Shown here: piece after piece, positions 37,557 through 50,815 of the stretch
Position numbering within the stretch: the first letter of the stretch is position 1
Layout: each line of letters opens with the position of its first letter
NCBI GenBank assembly: GCA_951406725.2
Contig: OX597820.1
Coordinates: forward strand, 19,220,001-19,284,000
Reading direction: 5' to 3'
From: Octopus vulgaris
Lineage: Eukaryota
Length of the DNA stretch: 64,000 bases
Notes under the pieces: model-generated
What the model was told of the DNA's origin: nothing
Databases searched by the model: none
Seen by the model: only the letters and a program-made list of their open reading frames with translations
Position numbers and translations under genes: made by a program

Positions 37557-38413
37557 TTCCCTCATTCAAGAGTTATATTTAAAGTGTGTTTATTGCCAAT
37601 TGAAAAATTATATTGTCATTTTGTAAACTCTGTTGAAATTTAAAATTCTAAATTGTCCATCTAGCAGAATCTTGTCAATTTGCTATCAATTAGCTGCTAG
37701 AACTTTGGTGGAACCAAATAGTCGGGTTTGATTTTCTGGAGGGCGAAATAAACATAAAGAATTTTATGGAATTTCGTGTGCATTTGATTTAAGTGTATTT
37801 TTGTTGTTTTGTAGTAGTTTTATATGTTTTTTTTTTTTTTATGACAGGAACCGATAATCGTATTTGTATATTAGTTGATAATGCTGAATATAAACAATTA
37901 TAAAAGTGAAATTGTGGTAGAAATGTATTGTTCTGAAACTTTTGTTTCTTCTCTTGTTTGCTAACCCTAACCACAGGTTTCAGGTTCAGTCCTACTGTGT
38001 GACACCTTGGGCAAGTGCTTTCTATTATAGCCCTAGCCAATCAATGCCTTGGTTGAGAGAGCCTATTGTATGTGTGTTTGTTTGTATTTGTGTTTTTCTC
38101 CACTTCCCACATCTTCAGAACCAGTGTTAATTGGTTTAGGCACTGGAGTGGCTGTGTGGTAAGAAGCTTGCTTCCCAACCATATAGTTCTGAGTTCAGTC
38201 CCACTGTGTGGCACCTTGGACAAGTATCTTCTATAGCTTCGGGCCAATCACAGCCTAGTGAGTGGATTTGGTAGACAGAAAACTGGAAGAAGCCTGTTGT
38301 GTTTATATACACACACACACAAGTGTGTGTATATGTATGTATTGGTATGTCTGTGTTTGTCCCCCCCACCATCACTTGATAACTGTAATGTGGCAGTTAT
38401 GGAATTAATTTGT

Positions 38414-38640
38414 TTAACACTTTAGTGTTCAGATTATTCTATCAAACATAATGCTTATCGATTCCCATGGATTTGAATTAATCATGCATTATCTCATATC
38501 TTCAAGATGTTGATGATGTAATTACTTAATGTAGAATAACATTGTAGGGTAGGTGTGAGAGCCTGGATCTGGTCAGTTTGAACATAAAACAGATTAACTA
38601 TTTTGGCCGGATATGGCCGGTTTAAATACTAAAGGGTTAA
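38414..38640 (+). mobile_element. piggyBac-type MITE P1, intact
   Basis: ttaacactttagtgtt...aatactaaagggttaa. Confidence 0.85.
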
Positions 38641-38802
38641 AGTCCTTCAAAGTTTCTGCTCCAGTATAATCATAGCTCGGTGACTGAAAGAAGTAAATGA
38701 TAAAAGATGTGTGTGCGTGTCAGGTTATACTTTCCTTGTTTCTGCATTGGACAGCATTGTCACACAAGAAGTGCTATTCATATTTGAAAGATTGTTGTGT
38801 TT

Positions 38803-39075
38803 GTGCCTTCTTGAGCCATGCCTGGCTCATAGGGTCCAGTTTCTCAGTTTCATTGGCATACAGGTTCCCCACCTGGATGGGATGCCAGTCTGTGGCAGGT
38901 GAGCTGCTAGATGCAAGAGCAAAGAGTGAGAGAAAGTTGTGGTGAAAGAGTCAGCAGAGTTTCACCATTAACCTTCTGTGAGAGCCGCGTGGAGCTTAGA
39001 GGGTGTTTCGTTCATAAACACACACATTGCCCAGTCTGGGATTTGAACCTGCGATCCTTTGACTGTGAATCTGCC
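38803..39075 (-). mobile_element. SINE D-related head with a different tail (W)
   Basis: aaacacacacattgcccagtctgggatttgaacctgcgatcc matches the family D head; the distal part differs from other D copies. Confidence 0.65.
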
Positions 39076-39112
39076 TGAGACTGTTGTTGTGATTATTTCT
39101 TTTACCACCACT

Positions 39113-39144
<32 letters not shown>

Positions 39145-39207
39145 ATATCATCTGCTTTCAAGTATTTGGATCTTCGTCTTCATCTCATTCTGCCTTGTGC
39201 TGTCCTT

Positions 39208-39268
<61 letters not shown>

Positions 39269-39627
39269 TCAATGTATTTTAAGTCAGTCTGATATTCTTG
39301 ATATTATCTGTCAACTTAATTCTTAGTTGTTCTTCTTCCCTTCCCATTTATTTCGCCTTCTATTAACGGGGTCTCCTTTGTAAACCATTTTTTATTATTT
39401 TGGTTTTTGTTTTTAATTAAATGTCCTAAGTATTTTAGTTTCCTCTCTTTGATGGTGTTTGATAGAACTTGCTTTAAGTTTTGCTATTTTTAGTACTTCA
39501 TGCTTTGTCAAAGACATTCTGAAAAGACTTTCCGTATTCCTTCATTTCAAAGGGATCATACTTTTATTCATGTTTGGATTCCAACTCCATATAATAGAGT
39601 GGACCACACACACATACGTAGATATTA

Positions 39628-39671
<44 letters not shown>

Positions 39672-39737
39672 TAAATAAAACATATGCATATATATAAACA
39701 TATATGTACGTACCTACCTCTACATATACATATACAC

Positions 39738-39920
39738 GCATATATGAGTACAGGACACCAAAAAGACGTCAAACACAATGAGAAACGAAAACATAGACAC
39801 AAACCCAAGGAACTGGATATTTTTTTAAACAACAAAAAATAGTGTACAGGACAATTAGCACAAAGAAAAAAACCCTTCTTCAGTCGCTATGGTTTCATCT
39901 ACTCTACGTTTCGAAGGTGA
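39738..39920 (-). mobile_element. Probable Penelope-like terminal repeat fragment
   Basis: Embedded in TA repeats; minus strand begins ccttcGAAAcGTA (hammerhead 3' half, 5' half missing). Confidence 0.4.
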
Positions 39921-40220
39921 AATATATATCATCATCATCATCATCATCATCATTTAAAATCTGTTTTCCATGCTGGCATGGGTTAGATGGTTTGACTGAA
40001 AACTAAAAATCGGTAAGCCGGGAAACCTATCAGTCCTGATAGGCAGTTGATCAGCTTTGCATGTTTTCTATTGTTGAATACCTCAGTTTAGTCTATAAAC
40101 CACATACAAACATGATATTTGTCGAGAGTTCTTTCACATATTGGTTCTAAGGTTAAATTTTGACTTCATGTGTTACCATTCTTGGTCAAAAACCTTTTTG
40201 CAGATAAATTCTTCTTCTTC

Positions 40221-40381
40221 TTATTATTATTTATTATTCAGTAGTTTTATTTTTATAGCGTGCTTTCACTTCACTACCGAGCACAGCTCTATGTGCCTTG
40301 GGTATGTGTTGTGATTTGTTGTGATGCTCTGATGGTTACTGTATTGAAAGTGCTTTGCGTAGGATGTGGGCAGTGCCCAGT
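40221..40381 (-). mobile_element. Dong/R4-clade LINE extreme 3' end
   Basis: Minus strand encodes LGTAHILRKALSIQ*, the typical R4/Dong C-terminus, then a short 3' UTR and (TAA)n tail. Confidence 0.8.
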
Positions 40382-40390
40382 AAAAAACAC

Positions 40391-40952
40391 TTATTATTAT
40401 TATTATTGAGTGAGATAGAAGTACATGTCATCAATGTGACACTGGGGTAAAATATACGAAGCCCAGTATACCCATCATGACAACCCATCTGATAAGGGTA
40501 CATCAGGCACATGCATCACAACCATATGTAAGCAACATGGTATCTCATATCAACATAAACAGGTGGGGTCCTGTTAGAATTTTCTTTGGGTTGAATAGCC
40601 CATCTTGCTCAAATGGTCCCTGAATTATGTTTGCTTAAGGACAATGAACAAAACACTCCTGTTTCCAAGGATGAATTGTTCAAACTCCAAAGAATTCCTC
40701 TCAACACATGGCTATGATGCTCCTCCACTACTTCTGCTCATGATCAGGGATAGATGCACATATCATCAGCCAGCAAGGGTCATGCTCACCTTATTACAGT
40801 CAAAAAGAACTTACAAGTAAGTCTGTGGTACTGAGCAGAATATTTGCTGTAGGCCATCTTTTATATCAAGACGAAACAATGTACATGATAACAGTTCCAA
40901 TCAGTTAAGATCAGAAGCCACGAGAACCAATGCCTGGTACTGCACATGGCAT
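40391..40952 (-). mobile_element. Unclassified interspersed repeat ending in (TAA)n
   Basis: Bounded by (TTA)n and (CAT)n next to the Dong end; single copy in this window, so family status is inferred. Confidence 0.35.
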
Positions 40953-41121
40953 ATCATCATCATCATCATCATCATCATCACCCTCACCATCATCATCATT
41001 ATCATCATCATCGGATTGAGGTAACTCCTCCAGTAGATATACAGAAGCAAAAGAAAGAAGGCACGCTAGATGCCGAAATATCGTTCACTTGATAATAGTG
41101 GCACTCTTCTTTCTTTTGCTT

Positions 41122-41122
41122 C

Positions 41123-41190
<68 letters not shown>

Positions 41191-41243
41191 ATTATTATTA
41201 TTATTGCTATTGTTGTTATTGTAATTATTATTATTGTTATTAT
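41122..41243. repeat. (ATT)n array
   Basis: Seen directly. Confidence 0.95.
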
Positions 41244-41309
41244 TTTTGTTTTTTTCATTTTCATTTATTCTTTCTGTGATTCTTTGTCAGTTGATGTATA
41301 GTTATAGTT

Positions 41310-41600
41310 TAGTCACGACTCACCAAGTTTATGGTTCTAGGCTGCAGTTTTGAGCTCTTTTGGTCGCATGGCAGGAATGACACGAAGGCAGTTTGTTTCA
41401 TCTCAGTACATTGCCCACTCTCATCCATTACTTTACATGCGTCTGTTCTTAGATTGAGATTGCGGTTCCATGTTTTAATGCTTTTGCTACTATTTCATCT
41501 GTTCCAGCTACTCTCCCATCTTCCATTGTATTTACTGCATATTCTGCTTCTTTGAAGATTTCAGACAGGAGTTAGTCTGGCTTTCAGATTCTTCTAGTTT
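41310..41600 (-). pseudogene. Decayed RTE-clade reverse transcriptase fragment
   Basis: Minus strand: EIFKEAEYAVNTMEDGRVAGTDEIVAKALKHG...SGQCTEMKQTAFVS...RTINLVS, matching RT domain 0-1 (GKAxGxDEIxAE...YRTISL). Confidence 0.7.
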
Positions 41601-42144
41601 TCTATCTTTTGCCATAGTTTGCTAACACTCAATTTTCATTCAACAGGAATTTCAACTGGGTTTCGTGGTCTGCTACCACAACAGCTCCTTTATAGGATCC
41701 AGTTAGCTCAAGACATCATCAGGAGGAACCACGTCCGGTTTTGGCCCCTCCTCCTCTACCGTTTTGACATGGCGGGGCTCCCCTTTCGAAGGTGTCTTCA
41801 GCTCTGGTGTTGGGTGCATGTCTTCTTTCTTCTGTTCCCTGGCCTCTTCGATGTATCGTCAGCGAGTGTCAGCCGGTGACTGACTGACTTGTCAAATTTT
41901 TCCCTTTAAATACCTGCTGCTAGGCTCCAGCAGGCAGCCCCAGCAAGTTGTCACATGACACTGTCTCACCTTAACTGACTAGTGAAGGCATGTAGTCTTA
42001 GTCCACGCATTCTCTAAACGACCATCACCTGTCAGTCAGTGAAGCTGATCCAGTGTCAGCTTGTCTCACCTAGTGATGTTATTTTCCACCGGCATGTTAT
42101 GACTTTCAAGCCATTTCTAAGTTTTAACACTTTAGTGTTTGACC

Positions 42145-42575
42145 TGTAACAGGGTGAGAGATTCCCGCACTGGATGGGTGCTGCTCGCATCCTTTACATT
42201 AAATATTAATCGAAGAATGAGTCAAGATTTTCCGTTAACTTCAACAGTATAAATATTTATTCCTTGATTCGCAATATAAACATTTCCTTCCTCTGGGTGA
42301 ATCGGCAACCTAGGAGCTTATCGGCAGTAGTCAAGTGGAGTGAGTCGATCCTGCCCGTTCAAGCATAACGGAGATGCGCCACGAGGTAGCAGCTTGAGAG
42401 AGCTGCTGGAGACACGTCTGTCTTGTTCAGCTGCTGGCGTCAAAGAGAGCGATACAAGAGAATTTCACTGCTGCTAGTTTTCTGCGCATGCGCATGAGGG
42501 AACTTCCAGCAGCCCTTCCGGAAGACTCCAACCCTGTGCATGCATGCTGGAGATTTCCAAGATGGTGTCACTACA
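42145..42575 (-). mobile_element. Solo LTR, probably Ty3/gypsy
   Basis: TGTA...TACA termini, exact 4-bp TSD GACC, CpG-richer body, AATAAA on the minus strand ~110 bp from the left end. Confidence 0.85.
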
Positions 42576-42579
42576 GACC

Positions 42580-43022
42580 AATTAGCATTCAGATTACTCT
42601 GTCAAATGTAACGTTTATTTACTCTCATTCTTTTTAATTAATCATACATCATCTTGTTACTTCAAGATTTTGATCACGTGATTGTTTGTTTTTATAATGA
42701 CATGGTTGGATAGGTGTAAGAGGCCAGATCTAGCTTGTTTGAACATGGAATATAATCTACATATTTGGCCTGGATATGGATATGGCCAGTTTAACTGCTA
42801 AAGGGTTAAACTGGCCATATCCATCCCTAGTGCTCAACCTGTCTTTATGTTAAAACCGGCCAGATCCAGCCTTTCACACCTACCCTGCAAAGCCATTCTA
42901 AAAATTAGACAAGCATATCATCAAAATCTCAAAGCTACAAGACAGTACGTGATTTATTCAAGACAATGTGAATAAAATAAGCATTACAATCGATAGAGCA
43001 ATCTGAATGGTAAAAGGGTTAA
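42580..43022. mobile_element. Two P1 MITE copies in inverted, abutting arrangement
   Basis: Plus copy 42580-42809 and minus copy 42806-43022 share a TTAA. Confidence 0.8.
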
Positions 43023-44431
43023 GCTGTTTGGCAAAGAGCAGCTAAGAGAGAGAGAGAGAGAAGGAGAACCTTTAGATACTTGGCCCTTAATAATGGAACA
43101 CTGTATTAATTGAATTTGATTCATTGACTGTGAAACTTGATGGAAGGTAGTGGTGGTGGTGGTGGTGGTGGCGATAGTTTTGCCAATGACAATGGTGGTG
43201 GTGGCGGTGATGACGACGTAGGTTGGCGCAAGCTTTATGCATAATCTACTTTTTACAAGACAAAGCAAATTCCAGAGTTATCTTGACATATGAAGCACTA
43301 AACGTCATAGAAACTACACAACATGTGCAGGCAGATGTTGTTTTGCATTTAATATTTATATTTTATCTTTTTTCTTTTTTCCTTTTATTTTGCTTAATTT
43401 TTCATTTTTCATAATTAAGATATTATTTTTTTTAAATTTCTAGAACTGAGTGTATTAACTAATTACGAACCTTTTGCAGATTCTTCATTAAACAAATATT
43501 TAAAATTCATTCACCTCGGGTTTTTTAAAAAATATTTCTTTCTTCTCTCATTTTGAGAAGAGCTCATATTTATCTATAATATATATATATTTTTTTTAAT
43601 GTTATTAAAAAAAAAATAATTAATCTGTTAAAGTTGCTAACTAGCAACATCACAGTTGATTTTCTAACCTTAAGGTAAGTATTCTAAATTAGAATGTCAA
43701 AAAGGAATCGCATCTCTCGTTGACAAAAGATACTAGATAATGAATCTGCAGAATAGCAGTAACTATACTTTCACATTAATTAGAATATAACAGCCACATA
43801 AAAAAAAACAAAAAAAAACTAAAACATAAAATAAAATATAATTGAAATTGAGTTTCCTGTTTCTGAATTAATCTTGATTAGTGACTAAAATATATATATG
43901 GTTTTCTAGTTTATTCTGATATATCTGTGTAGCCTCTGCAACTGTTTTAAATGTAGTTTTGATACCATTTTGTATTTCTCTTGGAAAATGTGTCCCCTTT
44001 TCCAACCAGTTTTCCCTACTAACAACTTGCTTTGAACCCAAATTGAACTCTATAAACTCAACCAATTATAACTGGTGCTATGTGGATTGGCTCTGCACTA
44101 AAACATTCCCTCCTACTTCATTAGCATTTGGCTTTCTTACAATATTCTCATCTTCTCTTTGCAGCAGTTGCTAAGTGTCTTTCAACAATCTAGAGCAATT
44201 GGGTTAGTGTAGAACTTGTCAATGAATGGTTCAGGGCCTACTAGCTTCAAATCATACTTTGGCAGGGTTTGCTTTAACATTCCTTCTTCTGAGGACAATT
44301 CTGTATCTTCTACACTCATTATTCTCTTGGAGACCGAATAAAGAAATTTAGTTTGATCAGGTATGAGATGTGCTAAACTAACCAGGATTTGGGGACTCGC
44401 AGTTGAGTAGCTGACTGTAAAATGTAAATAT

Positions 44432-44745
44432 AGGTGAAGGTGTGGTCGTGTGGTACGAAACTTGCTTCCCAACCACGTGGTTCTGGGTTCAATCCCACTG
44501 CATGGCACCTTGGGAAAGTGTCTTTTTCTATAGCCTCAGATTGACTAAAGCCTTGTGAGTGGATCTGGCTGGCAGAAGCTGAAAGAAGCTCATGTACATC
44601 CCTGTGACTCAGCTGTTCAGCAAAAGGGATTGATAGAACAAGTACCAAACTTGAGGAAAAATAAACAATAAGTACTGGTAGTTGATTTGTTTGACATCAC
44701 CCTTCATGGCTATGGTTCAGTGACTCTAACAAATAAAAGATATCA
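44432..44745 (+). mobile_element. SINE family A (diverged)
   Basis: Head and CORE-like segment clear, tail degenerate. Confidence 0.75.
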
Positions 44746-44917
44746 ATACCATCTTAAAACTGTGAGAGTATGTGGAACAGTGCAACCCTGGGCATACCGA
44801 AAACAAAAAACAAGCAGGTAGGATGGTCAAATTCTGTAATGTCTTCAACTGTACATGGGTCAGATTGATGAATAAACTATAATAGAAACAAAATGTTTGA
44901 ATGATATAAACTATAGT

Positions 44918-45850
44918 AGGTGCAGGTATGGTTGTGTGGTAGGAATTTTCCTTCTCATCATATGGTTCCAGGTTCAGTCCTACTGTGTGGTACCTTCAGC
45001 AAGTGTCTTCTACTATAGCCTCAGGGTGGTCAAAGCCTTGTGGTTGGATTTGGTTGGGAGAAACTAAAAGAAGCCCACCGTATTGTGTGTGTGTGTGTTT
45101 TCACCACCACTACTTGACAACTGGTGTTGGTTTGTTTACATCCCTGTTACTTGGAATTTCACCAATAGAGCCCGACAGAATAACTACCAGGCTTTACAAA
45201 AAAAAAAAAAAAAAAAACATAAGTACTGGGATTGATTTTTAGTGAGGGTGGTCACTAGTTTAAAGTATGAAAGTGTTCATAATAAAGTCCATTAAATGAG
45301 CTTTTGAGGAGCATGTGTAATGAATTTTAAACAAAACATTGTAACTTTATTGGAATAGAAACGGGTGCTGACAAGTATCAAGAGGTGTAGCCTGTATGTG
45401 TATGGGAGTCAGGTAAAGTATGATAACTTACTTTTGCATAAAATGGTTCTGCTGGAAGCCATTGTAAGCTAATAGGAACGAAACTAGCTTAAACAAAAAT
45501 ATACAGTTCGTTATGAGGCAGAGTTGAAGCTGATGTCTTCCAGACTTTTGAGGAGTGAAGTTAACATAAATGAACTAGACTGTTCAGGAGGTGAACTGTT
45601 ACTGTTGTGCCATCTTTTCCCTGACTTCCTAAAACTCCCACTTCTCTGCTAGGTCAGATAACTGCCATTTGCATTCCTATGCATCCAGCCCTGATTGGCT
45701 GGAGTATGCCACAGCACAACTGTTCTATACCACAGCAATCCAAATAGCTTTCCTGACTTACTACAGATTCATTCAACTAAAAAAGAATTCTTCGAGGTGA
45801 TGCCCCTGCATGGCCACAGTCTAATGACTGAAACAAGTAAAAGATAGAAG
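44918..45850 (+). mobile_element. SINE family A split by a solo LTR
   Basis: aagtactgggattgatt|insert|gattcattcaactaaa continues the consensus. Confidence 0.8.
45238..45765. mobile_element. Solo LTR (second family)
   Basis: 4-bp TSD GATT; termini tttagt (one change from tgtagt) and actaca; cleanly interrupts a SINE. Confidence 0.7.
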
Positions 45851-46135
45851 ATATGTGTGTGTTTGTTTCTTTGTGTCTGTGTTTACCCCTCCGCCACTAC
45901 CACAAGTACCGAGGTCGCTTCATTCAGCTAAAGATTTCTGAAGGCAGTGCCCTAACGTGGTCGCAGTCTAATGTCTGAAACAAGTAAAAGATATGTGTGC
46001 TTCTTTGTGTCTGTGTTTACCCCTTTGCCACTACCACAAGTACCGAGGTCGCTTCATTCAGCTAAAGATTTCTGAAGGCAGTGCCCCAACATGGTCGCAA
46101 TCTAATGACTGATACAAGTAAAGGATAAAAGATAC
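45851..46135 (+). repeat. ~140-bp tandem duplication of a deleted SINE A 3' part
   Basis: 45851-45990 repeated at 45991-46130 with few differences. Confidence 0.85.
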
Positions 46136-47934
46136 AGTTTGGAACTTGGCATTTGTATTACTTCAAGTATTTTTGGTATCTCCATCTTTCATAGTATTCC
46201 TCCTGTTTATTATTACGGTCTTAGTTGGTTACCATTAAATTTCTTGGTTAATTAGCTACTGAATGAAGGCTCCTTTGTTAAATTACATGCTGGTACTTCT
46301 CTGTGAGGTTTGTAAATCATCGGTTTTTCTCGTTTTATAAATTGATCTCATGGGTGAGAGAATCACTATGGCAAGTGTTAAACACGACAATAGCAGCAAC
46401 AAGGTTTGTTTCAATAGAATTTCTTATTTCGTGCAATAATTTATTCTGCTATTTTGATGTTAATGTTACCAGTTTAATTCGGTTTGTTGCTGAAGGTTTA
46501 AATTTGTTAAATTGCAAAAGGAAAAATATTAAAATTCGAAGAGGGAGGAGGGAGTGGTGGTGGTGGTAGGGGTGGGGTTGGGGGAATAAATAAATACATA
46601 AATAACATAAATTTTTCAAAAAACGGCCGAGCATTGAAAAACCATGTGACTGAATAGAGCAAAGACATAAGATCCTGTTATAATAAAAGACGATAATAAA
46701 AGGGGTTTTATGATGGGGTTTTTTTTTTGGTTTTTTTTTTTTACATTCAAATCTACAAAAATTTAGTTTTTATTTTATTATCTCGATTTAAATGCAAATG
46801 ATTATATCGCTGGAGGTATTTTATTTTATTCAATTTTTATTTCTATTTTATCTTTTTTTTTTTTAAATTTTTTTTTTTATTATTCATTCATGTTATTGAT
46901 TTTTCATGTTTTCCAATTTTCAACCTTCCACAATACAATGGCGAGGTAGGGTTTACCAACCTTTTTGCGTATGGTTCTTCACTCAATTCCGTACTGCAGT
47001 GATGGGCACCAAAAGTAATTTAGCACCTCATAAATTTTTATGAAGTCTTCTAACGTTCGCTATAAAACAACTTCCTCTGGAAAAGGTTGATGAGTCTTCG
47101 GCTCTGGCGGAGCCTTAAAATATTGATTAGTTTCATTTTGGTTCTAGTAACTCTTCGCATAAAGTAAAGTTTTAAAGTAGGAACAAGATTCTTTATTAGT
47201 TAAAGCTAAAGACTGAACTTGTTCATCTGTTGTGAATATTTTCTATTCTCTTTTCTTTCTTTCTTTCTTTCTTTCATTTTTTTCTTTTTTTTTTTTTGTT
47301 GTTGTTGTTGTCTTGCAGCATAAAAATTGCAGGCATTAGTACTTTGGTAAATGGTTTAATAGAATCGATTCCTATTTGGTTTGTGGCATGTGGTGAGAAG
47401 ATTTTATTTCAAGCAATTGCCAAAGAGAGAGAAAAAAGAAAAAGGAGAAATGGCACGAGAGACATGCATGCCCATTCGCATCTGCATCCGCCATGTTTTT
47501 GTGTATGTGCATGCATGCATGCGTGTGCATGTGTGTGTGCATGTAAAAAGCCATGCCTACTTTCCTTAATTTTATTTTACGATGTTGCTTATGGAACACA
47601 CAAAATTGTAGTCAAAGATTCTGATCAATTTGTCTACTTGTTTTATGGCCCAGTGTGGTATTTAAAACATTGGGTATATTAATTATTTATTGATTTTGGC
47701 TGTTTTTTGCCAAGATCAGTTCTGAACTAAACAGACCTGTGATTAAATATATTCCAACCATGCCCATCACTTCATCATATACTCAGGGTATCATTATGCT
47801 ATATATCTTTTTAAGACAGTACATATCCTTACCATAACCTTTTAAGAAAAGGATATGGTAAGGATATGATATCTGAGGGGATTTGGCTATTATTCTTCAT
47901 TAGCTTGTTAATTATCAATTTCAATCAATATACA

Positions 47935-48268
47935 AAATCAAAATCAAAATCGATCAACATCAATGGAAATTGCAGCTGTGATACCAGTGCCGGTGGCACG
48001 TAAGGGAACCATCTGAACGTGGCCGTTGCCAGTGCCGCCCCTGACTGGCCTCCGTGCCGGTGGCACGTAAAAAGCACCATCCGATTGTGGCATGTAAAAA
48101 GCACCCACTACACTCACAGAGTGGTTGGCGTTAGGAAGGGCATCCAGCCGTAGAAACATTGCCAGATCAGACTGGGCCTGGTGCAGCCTTCTGGCTTGCC
48201 AGACCCCAGTTGAACCATCCAACCCATGCTAGCATGGAAAGCAGACGCTAAACAATGATGATGATGAT
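47935..48268 (+). mobile_element. RTE LINE 3' UTR with (GAT)n tail
   Basis: Same family as 24727-25050; further diverged tails at 48410-48630 and 48755-48925. Confidence 0.82.
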
Positions 48269-49367
48269 ACAGGTGCAGGTGTGACTGTGTGGTCTTGGGT
48301 TCAGTTCCACTGTTTGGTACCCAGGGCAAAGTGCCTTCTATTATAATCCTTGGTCAACCAAAGACTTGTGAGTGGACTTGGTTGACAAAGACACACAGAT
48401 ACAAATGTATCACGTAAAAATGCATCCGTCCTGGTGCCATATAAAAAGCTCCCAGTACACTCTGTAAAGTGGTTGGCATCAGGAAGGGTATCCAGCTGTA
48501 GAAACCATGCCAAAACAGACAGTTAGAGTCTGGCAAGGCTCTCTGGCTTGTCAGTTCCTGTCAAACCACCCAGTCCATGTTAGCATAGAAAATGGACATT
48601 AAATGATGATGGTGATGACAATGATGATGATATATATGTGACAGGTTTCTATATGTGTGTGTGTGTGTATATTGGAGTGGCTGTGTGGTAAGTTAATGAC
48701 ATTCATTATGGATCATCATGAAATGTTTTGTCAGGGTTTAGGGGAATTATTGCCTTGCTTGGAGACAGGCGAGGGTTGGTGACAGGAAGGGCATCTGCCT
48801 GTAGGAAATCTGCCTCGGCAAATTCCTCATCCATGCAGGACAAGTGGACTCTAAACGATGATGGTGGTGGAGGTGGTAAGAATGGCAACGATGATGATGA
48901 TGATGATGAGTATGATGATGATGATTGTGCAGTAAAAGCAGTCACTATAGGAAATCAATATTTGAAATAGAAAAGTCAAATCAAATAAAAAAAAAAAAGC
49001 AAAACAAAAACAAAACAATCTATTTAAACTGCTTGTAAACTGGAGAGAAATTCATACTAACCAACCTAGAACGTTCTTTCTGGTGTCCAAATGCTTGTTG
49101 GTTTGCTAGGAACTGCTAGGTTACAAAGAATGCATAGAAACAATATTTGCTAATATATCTAAGGAAGGGCCTTAGCAACGAAAAAATGTGACTCCATAAA
49201 TGCTCCATGTTAAAAACTATTTTCACCTTATTGTTACCTGTTGGCAGAGAGATATTTTGAAAGCATTTAAACCTTTTTGATATCAACCTACCTGAGACAG
49301 TTCTTGGTTTTGTTATTTTTTGTTCTTTTTTACGATACAAACTTAGTGTTTTAGAGTGATCTAAATT

Positions 49368-49930
49368 CTTTTTATTCTTTTGCTTGTTTTGGTCATTTGA
49401 CTGTGGCCATGCTGGAGCATTACCTTAAGGGTGGATGGGGGCGGGGTTAGTCAAACAAATCAACCCCAGAACTTATTTTTAAAGCCAAGTACTTATTCTT
49501 TTGGTCCCTTTTCCTGAAACATCAAGTTACAGGGACATGAACATACCCCTGGTAGTCATGCAGTGATGGGGGACAAACACACACACACACACACACATCC
49601 CATAACTGGTTGTTGACAAATTTTTCTTCTTTGTAAGGATAATTTATCCAATATTTCTGCTGTTCTAATGGCATCTCTGCATTCAAAAATAAATTATCAT
49701 CTTACTTGTACTATATACACGTTGCAGCTCTTCTCTTTATAAAAAAAAACAAATGTTAGTTTGTTTATACGACGGGCTTCTTTCAGTTTCCATCTACCAA
49801 ATCCACTCACAAGGCTTTGGTCGTCCTGAGGCTATAGTATAAGACACTTACCCAAGGTGCCATGCAGTGGGACTGAACCCGGAACTATGTGGTTGGGAAG
49901 CAAGCTTCTTACCTACCACACAGACATGCC
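49368..49930 (-). mobile_element. SINE family A in two pieces (49368-49600; 49767-49930) inside a P2 MITE remnant
   Basis: Family A tail and head separated by ~165 bp of other sequence; P2 start at 49268. Confidence 0.65.
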
Positions 49931-50354
49931 TTTACCTAAATTTTCATGTTGCATAAATTTTCATGTTACATAAATTTTAATGTAACATAAATTCATGTTT
50001 CAAACGTTAGCTTAATGCATTGCCTGTCCAAAGCATTTTCATAAGTTTATCCTAAATGTCTGAGCTTGTTTTCAGACTCTTAGGTTGCCTTTTGTGTTGT
50101 ACATTCTGAGTAACATAAAGCTTTCCTTTCACAAGTCTGAAGCCACTCTGGTGGTTGCAAAAAATATTGGGTATGTGTATAGGCTCAGGTGTAGCTGTGT
50201 GGTAAGAAGTTTTCTTCCAAACCTCATGGGTAAGTGTCTACTATCCACTTTAATATTTTATTGAACTCAAGAGTTACAATCAGAATTGTAAAGCTACTCA
50301 AAGTTCATTAATTGTAAAATTTAGACAGGTCCTGCACCAGCTTCACATAGAAGC

Positions 50355-50815
50355 CCCAGCCCATCCAAAGTGCCTTGGATCGCAGGACGGCCTGCTGTGC
50401 TTACCTTGGATCGTAGGGTGACCTGCTGTGCTTGAGGAGACCTATTGAGTCAAGTACATCAACATCAAAAAATCAAATGGAAATTGTAGTTGTGATACCT
50501 GTGCCGGTGGCACGTAAAAAGCACCATCCGAATGTGGTGGATGCCAGCACAGCCTTGACTGGCTTCTGTGCCGGTGGCATGTAAAAAGCACCAACTGATC
50601 GTGGCCGTTGCCAGCCTCCCCTGGCACATAAAAAGCACCCACTGCACTCACAGGGTGGTTGGCATTAGGAAGGGCATCCAGATGTAGAAACACTGCCAGA
50701 TCAGACTGGAGCCTTGTGCAGCCTCCTGGCTTCCCAGACCCCGGTCGAACCGTCCAACCTATGCTAGCATGGAAAACGGATGTTAAACGATGATGGTGAT
50801 GATGACGACGACAAC
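50355..50815 (+). mobile_element. RTE LINE 3' end, longest copy in the window
   Basis: ctgtgcttgaggagac (AVLEET, ORF-end-like), three gcacc hairpin units, (GAT/GAC)n tail. Confidence 0.8.

Noticed and set aside
41620-42110. GC-richer stretch with minus-strand peptide YIEEAREQKKEDMHPTPELK
   Set aside because: Short, stop-bounded, no recognisable domain or termini; probably an unclassified TE relic.
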